Part shown: piece after piece, positions 1 to 13,616 of the stretch
Layout of the letters: every line of letters begins with the position of its first letter
Numbering within the stretch: position 1 is the first letter of the stretch
Assembly (NCBI RefSeq): GCF_006345805.1
Contig: NC_043003.1
Span: forward strand, 72,912,001-72,976,000
Length of the DNA stretch: 64,000 nt
Source of the DNA: Octopus sinensis
Taxonomy: Eukaryota
Direction of reading: 5' to 3'
Notes under the pieces: model-generated
Seen by the model: the letters and a program-made list of their open reading frames with translations, nothing else
Databases searched by the model: none
What the model was told of the DNA's origin: nothing
Position numbers and translations under genes: made by a program

Positions 1-165
1 GCTGCAACATAATTGAAATGTACTAAATTTACTGAATATTTCCATCAAAAGATTCCTAACAGCAGCAATTTATATAAAAGCAATATTCGAAATGTTTTTA
101 TTGGTTTTTACTGATCATTAATATTTCTGTGAAATGTTCATTTACTCTCTCAATAAGCCTGCACG

Positions 166-200
<35 letters not shown>

Positions 201-396
201 ATACATACATATATACAGACACGCGCACGACCTTTCTCATATAAATATATGCGCACAGATAAATATGCATACAAATTTCACACGCATATTAATACATATT
301 TATAGATACACACTTAATACATATTTATATATGCATGTGTGTCCTTGTCTGTGTGTCTCATCAGGTGAGCATACATACAAAGATACTCTTAGGCAT

Positions 397-440
<44 letters not shown>

Positions 441-1150
441 ACCTTTCAATTCTCAAGATACTCTTCTTCTAAGCCCTATAACCAAACAAACGAGAAAACT
501 TCAACAATAACAACGACAACGATGACAACAATAACAACAACAACAACAACAACAATACCGTAACAATGACAACGACAGCAGCAGTAACAGCAACAATGCA
601 ACAATTATGAAAATATAACCAAAAGCAGAAGAAAACTTATGAGGGAATTATGAAAAACATAACAAATATGAAAAATATATTTAAGAAAATTAATAATAAT
701 AGTGAAAACTAATGCATGATATAAAATTTACATTAGCAGAATATTTTCATTAATTAGAAATACATTTTTCTCGGGGATTTGAATTTTCAATAGGAAATAT
801 TCGTATTCACAATAGGCAATATAGATAGATACATGCATTCCGTATCGTTGATAAGTAAAAATGGAAAGAGGAATTTTAAAGAAAGCCCACTTAAGACTAT
901 TATTAAATAAACTATAAAATAAAATATATATCATCTTATTATAAAAATACATTGTGTTATATTACGAAGAGAGTAACTATAATGCCTACACACACACACA
1001 CATGTATGTATATATATATAATATTAATTTGCATGTACGTCTGATAATTCGCTTACCACTTGTGATGGTATTTTAATAGTACCATCCCTATATTATATAT
1101 ATATATATGTATACACACACATTGTATGTGTGTGTATGTACATGTGTGCT

Positions 1151-1212
<62 letters not shown>

Positions 1213-1827
1213 GGCATAGACGCGCACACACAAGTTGGTGGGTATTGAAGTTAATGGAAAAGTGGATATGGATATAGTTTTTATTAACAAAGATCTTGTA
1301 CTTAATTGTAGGCTAATAAAGGGTTCAAATCACAAGCAACAGGCTGTCGTTGGATTTGTGACGAAGGTGGCTACAAGCTGCTGGACATTCATTGAAGGCT
1401 AGTGAAATGAGAACAGGTTGATGCTTAAAGAACGAGACGCCATCATTGAAGATAAACTATGCAACGAGAGACCATTAAGTGCGACACAAATCGTCAGCGA
1501 CGGGAATTGTCAGTGACACGAATCGCCAGCGATGCGGATCACCAAGAAGTGGACGAATTGATGCAATCAACAAGACACTATTTGTGAGTTTGTTTCACAA
1601 CTGGATTGGGGTTACAATGCTTTACAGAAGATAGTTGAAGACTTATGGGTAACGGGAAGAGTGTAGAAAATGTGTACCTCGGATGTTGGGATCCGATTTG
1701 AACGAGAGAGCGGTAGAAGTCTGCTCTAATTTGCAGGAAGCGTTTGATGCCAAGATGATATTCTTGCAGTTTCCGATCTGGAATCAGGGAATGTAACATT
1801 GGCTTACTTTTATGATCCATGAATGAA

Positions 1828-1866
<39 letters not shown>

Positions 1867-2201
1867 TATCAACAATCCCTAAACTCTTAATGGCCTAACA
1901 AACATAGATGGGAAGAAGAAGAAGACGGACCCTATAGACAACGAAATATGTACAAAGAACATGAAACTTGCCCTCACCTATAAGGGAGCTAGAATCCCGG
2001 AAACAGAAATTGGAAACACAATTACACAATTTCTTTTTTAGGGAGAAAATACCACAATCACGCCCCGGATCCGACGCAATAGAAAATTTTAATGATCACA
2101 GAGAACATATAGGCTCTAAGATAATACATTTCCAAACATGAACTTCAACAAGGATGAGATGACTCTCCTATAGAGAGGTTTCAATTATATCGCGACGCCC
2201 A

Positions 2202-2257
<56 letters not shown>

Positions 2258-2274
2258 GAGTCGATGCTTTATTA

Positions 2275-2385
2275 GCGCACGCATGGCTCTGTGCTAAGAA
2301 GCTGGTTTCTCAACTATATAGTTCCGGATTCAGTCACTACATGACACCATAGGAAAGTATCTTGTTATATCCCCGGACCGACCAA
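2275..2385 (+). mobile_element. SINE family A, 5' half, diverged
   Basis: CATGGCTCTGTGCTAAGAAGCT..GTTCCGGATTCAGTC..GACCGACCAA. Confidence 0.65.
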
Positions 2386-2700
2386 TGTGGGTGCCCAAAC
2401 TGTGGAACCTGCCCCAACCTACTTGAAGGCTCGGATTTCCTTTTCAAACAAGGACAGGGGTTCACAATTAAAACTAGTTTCACTTGTGCCTCTGAGAACC
2501 TAATTTATGTAATAACCTGCTCGGGTTGCGGAGACAACTATATTGGACAAACGACTATGACTTTGAGAAAGAGAACCACTCTACATAAAGAGCAAATCCG
2601 TTTCTCGCAATACAGGCAAATTCCACTCAGTGAACATATAGAAAAATGTGCAGATCAAACCAAACTTCACAGTCTTCCCCTTCTACCAGTGCAAAGACAC
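2386..2700 (+). mobile_element. Penelope-like GIY-YIG endonuclease fragment (Neptune-like)
   Basis: CGCPNCGTC..FTCASENLIYVITCSGCGDNYIGQTTMTLRKR..H..PLSEHIEKC. Confidence 0.88.
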
Positions 2701-2746
2701 AATGAGTGTTTGTATGTACACACACATACACACATATAGCGATATT

Positions 2747-3255
2747 AAATCTCTGAGAGAGAAGTAAACTGTAGCAGCACGGAATCGTGAAGTATATTTG
2801 CCATCTAAATGTGGCAGTCACATAAGGGACGATGCTACTGTTGTTTATAACCTCAGGAGTTCATTTCCTCCGGCTGGCTAAGGAACACTGTTTGTGTCTG
2901 ATGAGTAATTGCAAAGGGAAATCATCGTTCCTATCTTTAGCCTTACGTGATACACACAGATCCTGGTTTCTGAGTAGTAAGCCGTCATCAGTGTGTGATA
3001 ACCACCAGCTAGTGATGAGAACTCATTCCAGATGCAAAATAATATATGCTTTATCCAGTGACAAACTGTCGCTGATCCCGAAAAAGAGAAGCAAGTAGTA
3101 TAAATCTCTGAGCGAGAAATAAACAGTTTCAGTACGGAATCGTGACGTACATTTGGCACTTAAATGTCGCGGTCCCATAGAGGACGATGCTACTGTTGTT
3201 TATAGCCCCACGACGACATCTCTGGCTGGCTAACAATACACTGTCTGTGTCTGAT
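2747..3255 (+). repeat. Diverged ~155-bp direct repeat (2747-2902 / 3102-3255)
   Basis: Shared AAATCTCTGAG..CGGAATCGTGA..GGACGATGCTACTGTTGTTTAT..GGCTGGCTAA..TGTGTCTGAT. Confidence 0.85.
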
Positions 3256-3264
3256 TATATATAT

Positions 3265-3303
<39 letters not shown>

Positions 3304-3479
3304 GTGAGGTAGGGGTTATGAATGTAACACACTATGATGTATATTGTTTTATTCTGTCTTATTCTGTTGGATATGGATGTTCCTATTTAATCTAAATAAT
3401 TACTTAATAAATTATATGAATTGGTATTATCTGGAAGTCGATGATTGAAAGAAATCTATTCCTCTATTTTCATATTTTG

Positions 3480-3529
<50 letters not shown>

Positions 3530-3561
3530 TATATATATATATATGGGTGGGTGTGTGTTTG

Positions 3562-3760
3562 TGTATATGATTGTCTCCCACAACCACTTGAGAACCGGTG
3601 TTGGGTTGCTTACTTCCTTGTAAATTAGCAGTTTGGCACAAAGAGGCCGATAAAATATCAGGATTTAATGAAAGCAAGTACTGGGGTCGATTTGTTCGAC
3701 TAAACTCTTCAAGGTGTGGTCTAATAGGGCTACAGTTCAATGACTGAAACAAGTAATAAA
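3562..3760 (+). mobile_element. SINE family A-like, 3' half
   Basis: CTTGAGAACCGGTGTTGG..GTACTGGGGTCGATTTGTTCGACTAAA..AATGACTGAAACAAGTAA. Confidence 0.75.
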
Positions 3761-3780
3761 TAATATATATATATATATAT

Positions 3781-3965
3781 TGAAAGCTACACCAATGCCA
3801 GAACAGGACGACACTCTCAGCAATGTGATCACGCTTCAGAACCAGTTACTGCAACAGCCTGGATTTCAAGGGCCCACAGCTTTTTAATATTCTCCCAAAG
3901 AGTCAACAGTGTAGCAAAACGGCGGTGCGTCAGCATGGCCACAACTCTGAGCTGAAACTAGAGAA
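3781..3965 (+). mobile_element. 3' end of a CR1/L2-group-like LINE (ORF2 C-terminus + tail), internally deleted
   Basis: TSYCNSLDFKGPQLFNILPK followed by the tail GGCGGTGCGTCAGCATGGCCACA..GCTGAAAC. The clade assignment is tentative. Confidence 0.55.
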
Positions 3966-4334
3966 GAAATACATAAATTTCAATATGAAAGACACATAGT
4001 CTTTCATAAACACGCAGAAAATGTAAACTTCTTTGAATCGTTCATTACGTTGCGTCAAAATTTTCCATGCACTATCATGACACAGTGTAAAACTGTGTAA
4101 GTGACTAGGTCGCAGATAGTATGACGAAAATTTTGACACCAAATAATAAATGACTGTATGAAGTTAACAGCTTTCGTGTGTTTATAAATAGTTAATATGC
4201 GTCTTCCACGATGTTATTGATTTAGTTTTAGCACTCGATCTCAGTTCAGATCATTTGCCAGACAAATACAATTCCCCAAAATACACACTAGCACACATAC
4301 ACACTCACACACACACACACATACACATATTCAC

Positions 4335-4392
<58 letters not shown>

Positions 4393-4396
4393 CACT

Positions 4397-4439
<43 letters not shown>

Positions 4440-4555
4440 GAAGATATATGTGTACGTGTATTTATGTCTATATATAATTGTGAGCGTATACCGATATATA
4501 TATTATATATATATATATAATATATATATATATTATATATATATAATATATATAT

Positions 4556-4587
<32 letters not shown>

Positions 4588-5195
4588 ATATATATAAAGA
4601 GCGAAACAGAGACAGAGAGGGAGAAAGAGACAAAAATACATACCATATATGCGTATAAACACCTGTACAACATGAGAATGGGAGTGAGAGAAATAGGATA
4701 AAGAATGAAAAAAAGAAAGAAAGAGAGGAAGACAGCATGTGAGAGAGGAAGAATAAGAGAGAGAGAAGGACGGGAAGAGAGAGAGAGAGAGGGGGGGGGA
4801 GAAGGAGTCACGCTCATATAGTAAGTTAATTTCTCTTTTCTCACTGAGTTGCTCCGAGTTCTGCATTTTGAAGAGAGTCATTAGTTCCTACAGGGAATTA
4901 ACTGTTTTTTCTCCCTCTCTTTACTGTTACTCAACGAAAAAGCACCATCTAAAAATATTTAAGGACGCTTTATCCAGCAGTTTTATGCGATAAATCTCCA
5001 CGGTATTACAATATTTAAAGAAAATACAAAAACAACGAAAATCAAAATATTTTCCCCGGTCTAGTTTATTCTTTGAACAGAAATATAGCAGATATATAGC
5101 GTATACAACACTACTCTCGCTCTCTTCCTCCCTCTCTCACTTTCCTTCTCCCCTTATATGTATATTATATATATATATATATATATATATTATAA

Positions 5196-5248
<53 letters not shown>

Positions 5249-5281
5249 ATGTATATTAGTATAAATATGTATGAATGTATG

Positions 5282-5325
<44 letters not shown>

Positions 5326-7032
5326 ACACACACATACGTACATACATACTTTCATACATAACGCACATATGCGCATACACCCATAAATAAAGCATGGAAA
5401 AATCGTATGCAAAATATAAAAGAAAAGATAGCACGTGATTGAAAATAAATATTTTTACAATATAACGGTCTTTTTATGTTACGTTAGTAACTTTTATTAG
5501 ATGAGTGAGTTGTTTGAAAATACAAAATATCTGTAATATAATATCCTTAGTGAAACGAGTAATACCATTATTAACATATATAAAAAGGTCGTTATCAAAA
5601 GCTCCTTGATGTATTTTTCTTTAAGCATGAAACCACACACAGACACATACAAACAATTTTTTACTGGAATGTGTTTACCTTTAGTGTACCTGTGTGTATG
5701 TGTGCGTGTACATCTATTTTTATGTGGTATATGCATGTGTGTGTATATATATATATATGTATATCATGTGTGAATTTTATGTAGTTATTTAAGTACAGGG
5801 TTTTTTATGGTTGTTAGTTTTATGCTGCTGTTGTTTTTGATATTCTATTCGGCCATCTTGTTTCAAATCTATACACAGCATGATGAATAAAAGTCATGTT
5901 TATTCCATTGAAAATCCGATAATATCGCTAGCAACATAAACATTTTTTCTGATTCATATGTGAAGAAAAAACCCAATTATTGAACAAGAAGACTGAGATA
6001 GATATTATATAAATGTAGGAGTTAGCCAACAAGCGATCTCTTCTGTGTATCGTAGTTCACAAAGTGACAGCTGGAAACAGTGAGCAGCATTCTAAAAATT
6101 CTACCTGATTCGAAACGTTAAACTTGTTTATTTAGTTAGTGGTCATCGTTATCGCACCACAAACGGGTCAGAATCCTCTGCTCAGTGATTTGATCTCTTA
6201 AAAACAGTAGCCAAATATCCCATAAACAACACCCGACCATCTCAAAAACAAAAACAAAACAGAGGAAGACACAGGATGATGTAGTCTCAGATATACTGAG
6301 CCTGAAAAAATTAAGATATACATTCCATCATATGATATGCTCGATCAGGACTTGCTATTTCTAATAAGTCGGAAACTCTTTCACTGTTCCAAGGAATACA
6401 GTTGATCTCACTGGGAAACTAAACATATGGCCTGATTCACCCACAGATTTATTGATCTTTCTAGGCCAAAAAATCTGAAATCATCTACCAAGATAATAAT
6501 GTATGAAACGTTCTGCCCAGAAAATCCAGGATTTGAGATGTTATTCCTAAAGAACTAAGTACATGAGATGAAGTGCACAAGCAACAAGTGATACGAGGAG
6601 GTTGTTCTAGATATAATGTAAGGTGTTATATCGAGAGAATTTGATTTGAAGTAACTTTCTTTGAACGCCTCGAGGAATTGAATGTATGCGATGATATTTA
6701 GAAAGAGCCAATCGTAGGATGCAATCCTACGCTGCAATCCTATGATTGTAAATTTGTTTTATGAGGTAACGTTCAGTTTGATAGTGAGAAAAGAGAAGAA
6801 AGCTCGAGGGCTGAGAAGTTAAATTCGACTTGATATTGTCATTATCACAAATATTTCCATTCAATATGAAAACAAAATAGAATAGAATTATGTAACAGTT
6901 TAATCTTTTGAGTGAGAATGTTGGTACTACCTTAAAGAAATGAGAATATTGCCACCACTTTCAAATTACAATACACACACACATTTGAATATGTATATAT
7001 ATATGTACATATAATTATAATTAAGAGTATCT

Positions 7033-7643
7033 AAAAGATACCACCATGCTAGAGATAGCAGTCAAATCTTGACTCTAAAACCACATCAAGGAATTCATAC
7101 AGCATCAGGAGTAAAGATAAAGAGACAAATATAAGGTTTTTATTCCCATGCTGGCCACTTGATATGATCGGTATTTTAGATAACGATCGTATCCTTATTT
7201 ATATAAATTTATATATTTACTTAATCTTTATATTCACTGCGGTAGTATTTTGACCATATAGCACGTGGAGGTTAGACGGGCAGTTAAACCGGTCGTGTGC
7301 ATACGTACATATATATGTGTGTATACATGCGCATATGTAAGTATTCGTATGTTGTATATATATATATAAATAAATATACTCTGTCTCTTCAGTGGAATAT
7401 ACACAGGAAATACATAATTACAAACATATATATATATATATGATGCAGCACGGACTTTGTCAGTGAACAGGTCGCGGATTTTAGCGACGAAAATATTTTG
7501 ACAAATTAAACTTAAATGTTGGAGTGAATCGAACGGCTTTTGTGTGTTTCTTAAATGGTTTATAAACACCTTCCACGCTGCAATTGTTTTCGTTTCAGCA
7601 CACGATCTCAGATCAAATTACTTGCTATGCGAGTACATCTCCG

Positions 7644-7737
<94 letters not shown>

Positions 7738-8070
7738 ATGTGTGTGTGTTTGTAATTCTGTGTATATTCCACTGGAGAGGCAGAGTATATAGTTTGCAAA
7801 TCCAGAAATCTAGATCTAGGATTATCCATTAATTTTTTGCTAGTTTATTTGTCTCTTTGCTTTTTCTCTTGGTGCGGTATGAATTACTTGATGTGGTCTT
7901 AGAGTCAAGTTTTGATTGCTATCTCTAGCATGGTGATATCTTTTCGATAGCCTTCATTATAATTTTAATAATAGTTATTACCTATAAGGTTTTTATTCCC
8001 AAGCTAGCCACTTGATATGATCGGTATTATAAATAACGATCTTATCCTTTTTTTATATAAATTTATATAT
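7033..8070. repeat. Nested inverted repeat plus a direct repeat
   Basis: 7033-7131 inverted with 7846-7944; 7374-7426 inverted with 7747-7790; 7130-7218 direct with 7983-8070. Confidence 0.85.
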
Positions 8071-8162
8071 GTACACACACACACACATACACACACACAA
8101 ACACAGACACACACGCAGACACACACGTAGACACACACACACTTATATGTGTATATATAGAC

Positions 8163-8277
8163 GCAGGCGTGGCTGTGTGGTAATAAGCTTTCTTCCCAAC
8201 CACATGGTCCCGGGTTCAGTCCCATTGCGTGGCACCTTGGGCGCGTGTCTTCTACATAGAACTCTTACTACAGAAAA
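8163..8277 (+). mobile_element. SINE family A, 5' half
   Basis: GCAGGCGTGGCTGTGTGGTAA..CCGGGTTCAGTCCCA..GTGTCTTCTAC. Confidence 0.88.
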
Positions 8278-8282
8278 CTATC

Positions 8283-10700
8283 TACTTCGTCACACGAATG
8301 AGGTGGAGAGCCCTCTGCTATGACTTCAAATCTAATATTTCCGACTCTTTCAAGGAAAGGGCTTTTACGATCTAAAGTACAACAAAATCCCCCCCGACCT
8401 CTGCACTGGCTAACTTTGGGTAAGATTTACTACGTATGATAAACACATTAAATTCTCTAATAATACTATTCTTTCCAGAAGGCCTAGCCAAAATTATATC
8501 TAAAACATATCAACACATCTGCACATCTTTTCGTACAAATTGGAAATCTTTACTCCCTATCTTTAGAGACGTATACAACCTAATATCAAAGGAACTAAGC
8601 ACAAATCATAAACATGCACAAATGAATGCTCTTAAGGATATTAACAACAAACATCCACTGTAATCTCATCGCTGATGAAAATTTACTAAATAGAACTGAA
8701 CCATATACACCTAAGCCCTCCCATGTCAACCTGAAAGGCGACAAGACTAACTTCTCCAGTAAGACTTCTATTAGACTGATCTGCCCACTAAATCAGACTC
8801 GGGTCGAATTAGTAAATGCATTTTTGACCTATTCTACACATAGTTAAGGCTAACGTTAAGCTTCCTCTTTGGAATAATACTGGTGACGTCATCATTTAGA
8901 TCCACTCTCTTCCTGATAAACAGTACGCTAATTTCCTTCAATTTGCATCTCAAATTTTTATTTTTCAATATTATCAATTTTCTTAAATAAAACCTTTACC
9001 TCCGCTTGAAAGTACGCACCCATTTCTTGATCTGACATTGATATCATCCTGGCTGCTAGGAAAACTCCTATTCACTTTAAGGACCCGTAACTCACATAGC
9101 AATTTCTTCGACATAACCATGGGCTCATCTGACACGGCCCAGGTTACTGAGTTAGCTAGTCTATTCCTTCTTTCCCAAATTAAACAATATTTCCCTAACC
9201 GCTCTAAAGGACTCTGCAGGAATGATACACCCCTTACAGCAACTGGATTATCTCGACCGTCTTTGGAACGCACCATGAAAGCCCTGCAGAAACTTTTTAA
9301 AAACTATAACCTGAGTATCTCATTCGAAAATGATATTAAGGTAGACAATTTCTTAGACGTTTCTCTAAACTTAAATACAAATCTATATCATCCTTCCCAT
9401 AAACCTAATCAATCTTTACAATATATCAACGTCTATCAAATCACTCCAAACTTACCCTTAATTGCAGAGTCAGGCATTTCTGTCAAAACCTCCAACTTAT
9501 CGTCAAATGAAGAAATTTTTAACAGTTATGCCCCATATTATAATTAGGCTCTCCGGAGAAGTAGCTTCCGTGAAAACATCTCCTATATCTTCAATACCAA
9601 ATTCTTAAAACTAAAATTACATATCTCTTTCCTGATACTAATTCCGAATCTACAAACTTTTCTTCCACTCAAAATTGGTCCATCAGCTCTCAAAAAAACA
9701 TCTACACATCGAACTCGACAGCTCCACTGGTCACCACCTCGAACGTATAACAACTATAAACCTCCCTGTTTGGATCCACTCACTATAACCACACACTCTA
9801 AACATTCTAAGGGCAGGAATCGGGAGATCCTATGGTTCGCGCCCCTTTTCTCCCTCCAAGTTAAACTTCTACCTAAACTTTTCTTTAAAATATTAATCTC
9901 TAACTTCCAACCACAGCATAAACACTATCCTATCTTTAATAGATCATCAGTTCAAATCTCCAACTCTACTACACTTAATTTGGAATCCATTATTGCCTCT
10001 TCTAACAGACGCAAACACCCGTCCTTGGAACCTGCAATTTCTCACACTGTACTCCAAATCAACCCACCAAGTGGCAATAAATAATATCAGACTAAATACT
10101 AACAGACTCAGGGCATCTTCCCACAACTCTGCCCATGTGACCACATATACTAGCAGTGATACCCCTCCCAATCCAATACGGATACAAATTGTACTTCAGG
10201 TTCTTCTTCATTAATAACGGACTACTGGAATTTGACCTCCCTAGTGGTAAATTTCAACCGCAGAACAGCTAGGAAAACTTGCAATTGTCGGGTTTCTCAA
10301 CTTTTCCCCCTTGGAGGTTTCTGTGTGCTTGAAAATGTAGTCTACAAGTGTCGTGTTATAACACCATGCTCCCACCAAGTAAGAGTCTATATCACCAGCA
10401 CTGTTGACTTCAAGCGTCGCTACGGTGCACACATAAACACTTTCTCTAATCCAAATTCTAAATTATCTCCCTCCTTAGCAACTTACATACTCAACCTCAA
10501 ACCTCAAAAAGTTTCCTATACCCTATCTTGGTCCATCATAAGTGAGCCCCCCCCCACACAACGCAAACATCGGTATATGCAAATTATGCTTAAGGGAATC
10601 GTTAACCATCCTTCGCCACCACAACTCCTCATTATTAAATAGATTCTCAGATGTAATACTATGATATCTTGTAAACACAGGTTTACTCATCATTTGCACA
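8283..10700 (+). mobile_element. Degenerate near-full-length Penelope-like element (RT + C-terminal GIY-YIG; possibly Hydra-type clade)
   Basis: RMRWRA N-terminal motif; ITMGSSDTAQVTELASLFLL..GLCRND (cf. GSFDGAEVCELVGL..GLYRDD); NFLDVSLNL..YHPSHKPN; CNCR..PLGGFC..VVYKCRV..VYI..FKRRYGAH. Many frameshifts. Confidence 0.85.
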
Positions 10701-11444
10701 TTTTATTAAATCTATGTAATCCCATAACTATAAGTATCCTTAACATTAACCTTGAGATATGAAAAGGTCAGCCAAGCAACTTACCACCTCATCTAATACC
10801 ACCCTTCTTATTAAACTATTCTTTCTCATTGTTACCTTTGCATATTCCTGTAACCAATACTTCCCGCCTCCCACAAGCGGTCTTCTCACATTTCTCATCT
10901 CAATCAAAAGAAATTAATACTAACCCACTTATTTTGGATACTAACCTGTCAACCACTTCTCCTCTTCATTCACTTCCCTCTATTTAATTTCCTGCTCCTC
11001 TGCATATCTTAGTAATCTCCTTCAATACCTACCTACATTCATTATCCCACTCACCACTGCTATCTGTCCACTCTGTCCACCTCCTATATCTTCCCTCATA
11101 ACTTTCTACATACCTTAATAATCTCCCTCTGTCACTAAACTAGACACTTTACATCCCTCAAATAATTACCATTTTTTTCTCATTGTCTCAATCAATATTT
11201 CTATCACTCTCATTCCTAAACTCAACACAATAGACTACCATTCAAATATTATCTACTTCACCCTCCTATTAATCTTACCGTCAAGAAAGCTTCCTCTTAA
11301 AAAATCTTGAATCATCCTGGTTGAAAATCTGGAATGTAAAGAGGGATTTCAACCTTAATGCATCACCACTAAATATAATGAGAGACTATTCTATCATCGT
11401 CAATAGTAAAACGTGAGCAATTGACCCGGAAACTCTCATCATAG

Positions 11445-12620
11445 CAGTAGAAAAGCTACAAAATGGAAAGGCAGCTGGAAGAGACCTAATAGCTGGATAT
11501 TAGTACACTATCCACGAATTCACTGCTTAAATAGCCACTAAATTTGGTATTGTATAGACCAATTTTATATATTAAACACATTCCTGGCAACTTTTACGTA
11601 CATACTAGAATTAATACCCCACGTCTGTGCATCAAGGGTCTCACTATCTCTCCTGTCCCTCACAAAGAATGCAAAAGTACCTTGGCATTGACGAAAGCGT
11701 ATCATACGAAAATACTGTGAATAAAGATAGAGTGACCCGAGAATATTATGCCAGACTTAGAGAAGTACAAGACAATATCCCACAATGAATTTGCACTACC
11801 AGTGCTGATTCCAACGTTAGGGATAATTGACTGATCTGTAGAGGAAATCCACTCCATAGACGTCAAAATCAGCAAGATACAGTCAAGTGGAAATCTCCAG
11901 ATAAATATTGATACTGACAAGCTCTTCCTAAGAAGAGATGAAGGAGAGAGAGGCTTGAGATCAATGAAGACGGCATTCTAATGCCGCGTAGTCTCTCTCA
12001 CGCAGCACTTGTTAAACATCAGCGGCAAAAGGAATTACATTAACTTAGTTCTGTAGAAACGATATCCTACGTGCCGGGAGCATTCTTTTCCTGATAACCT
12101 CCCATAAAACACGAAAACAACCGGACTAACATACCTCGAAGAATAACTGAATGTGAAACGCCCCTGGAGTTCCAAGATGTAACCGAAAATGTAGATTATG
12201 TCATATTTCTTTGGAAAACATGATACCTGTGATTAGCAGTTGCCTAAAAATGTCATCCAGGTACTACCTCCCTATGAGACACGAAGGTGATCCATTCAGA
12301 AAAAAAAAAACTGTCATGAATACATACACAAACATCAACACAAGGAATTATAGTGGAATATACTCATCAAAACATCTGTTCAGTGTAAACATAACAGGTC
12401 GGATATTGCAATTTGGGACTAAAGAAAATGTATGTGTCGTCAGAGAAGTCACCTGTTTTTGTCACTATCTCTCTAAAGGATAACTATGGAGAACTGTTTC
12501 GAGATCTCCAGCTTCTATATTCAGATTATAAATTCACATTTATACCAATAATAATTGATGCACCAATAATAAAATCCTAGTACACCAATAATAATTGGTG
12601 CACTAGGATTTTCAGAAAAA
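11445..12620 (+). mobile_element. R4/Dong-like (RLE-type) non-LTR retrotransposon, fragmented
   Basis: KLQNGKAAGRDLI; HNEFALPVLIPTLGIID; DKLFLRRDEGERGL; VISSCLKMSSRYYLPMRH; KHNRSDIAIW; PIIIGALG. Confidence 0.8.
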
Positions 12621-13061
12621 GAAACCAACCAAGTCGTACACTACATACACAGACTATAAGTGGAATAGGAAAAACATGGAAAATTTCTCTCAGTTTTAAA
12701 ATGTGACATTGATCTCGTTATCTACATTCCAACGATGGAACCTTGTTTCTCTGATAGAAACCATCTCCTTCCCCAAAGGAAGAATTTAAATAATTAAAAG
12801 GAAAATAGAACATACATACATAGATAATACATTAAATACGCATGTACATACTACACACAGAAAAACACACAAACACACATGCACACACATAATTGGTGTG
12901 AATTGGAACATGTGTCCATATTTCACTATCTATTTAGGCTAATGCATTTGTGTAATCACTGCGCGAATTTATCTCTGTTTTTCTGTCTCCCTATCTATCT
13001 GTCAGTCTCTCTGCCTGTCCTGCTCTCTCTCTCTGTACACACACACCACACACACACACAC

Positions 13062-13125
<64 letters not shown>

Positions 13126-13225
13126 GTATAAATATATATATGTGTGTATATTTATATATATATATACATATATATATACACATATACATATACATACATA
13201 CATACATATATAAATAAATAAATAA

Positions 13226-13277
<52 letters not shown>

Positions 13278-13532
13278 GTTATATATGTATATATATATAA
13301 TATACATATTTATGCACAAAGACATACATATGTTCTCAGGCATAGTCTCACAAAGACTCACGCATATTCGGTAACAAGTTCATACTAGCCAAAACTACAA
13401 ATGAAACATATACACACAAATATCTATTCATGTAGCCCTGTCTGTCTGTCTGTCCATTCTCTTGTTTTCTCTACTTATTCATAGACAGACACATTTACAT
13501 GTACATCCATCCATCCATCCAGCCATCCAACC

Positions 13533-13616
<84 letters not shown>

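Noticed and set aside
1235-1410. Possible gypsy protease-like fragment
   Set aside because: No catalytic DTG/DSG motif; too degenerate.
6555-6737. 60-aa minus-strand ORF after an acceptor-like CATAG
   Set aside because: No recognisable domain and no partner exons.
11375-11415. TAATGA-GAGACTATT..AATAGT-AAAACGT hammerhead-like string after the PLE
   Set aside because: Both core segments are mutated; not supportable.
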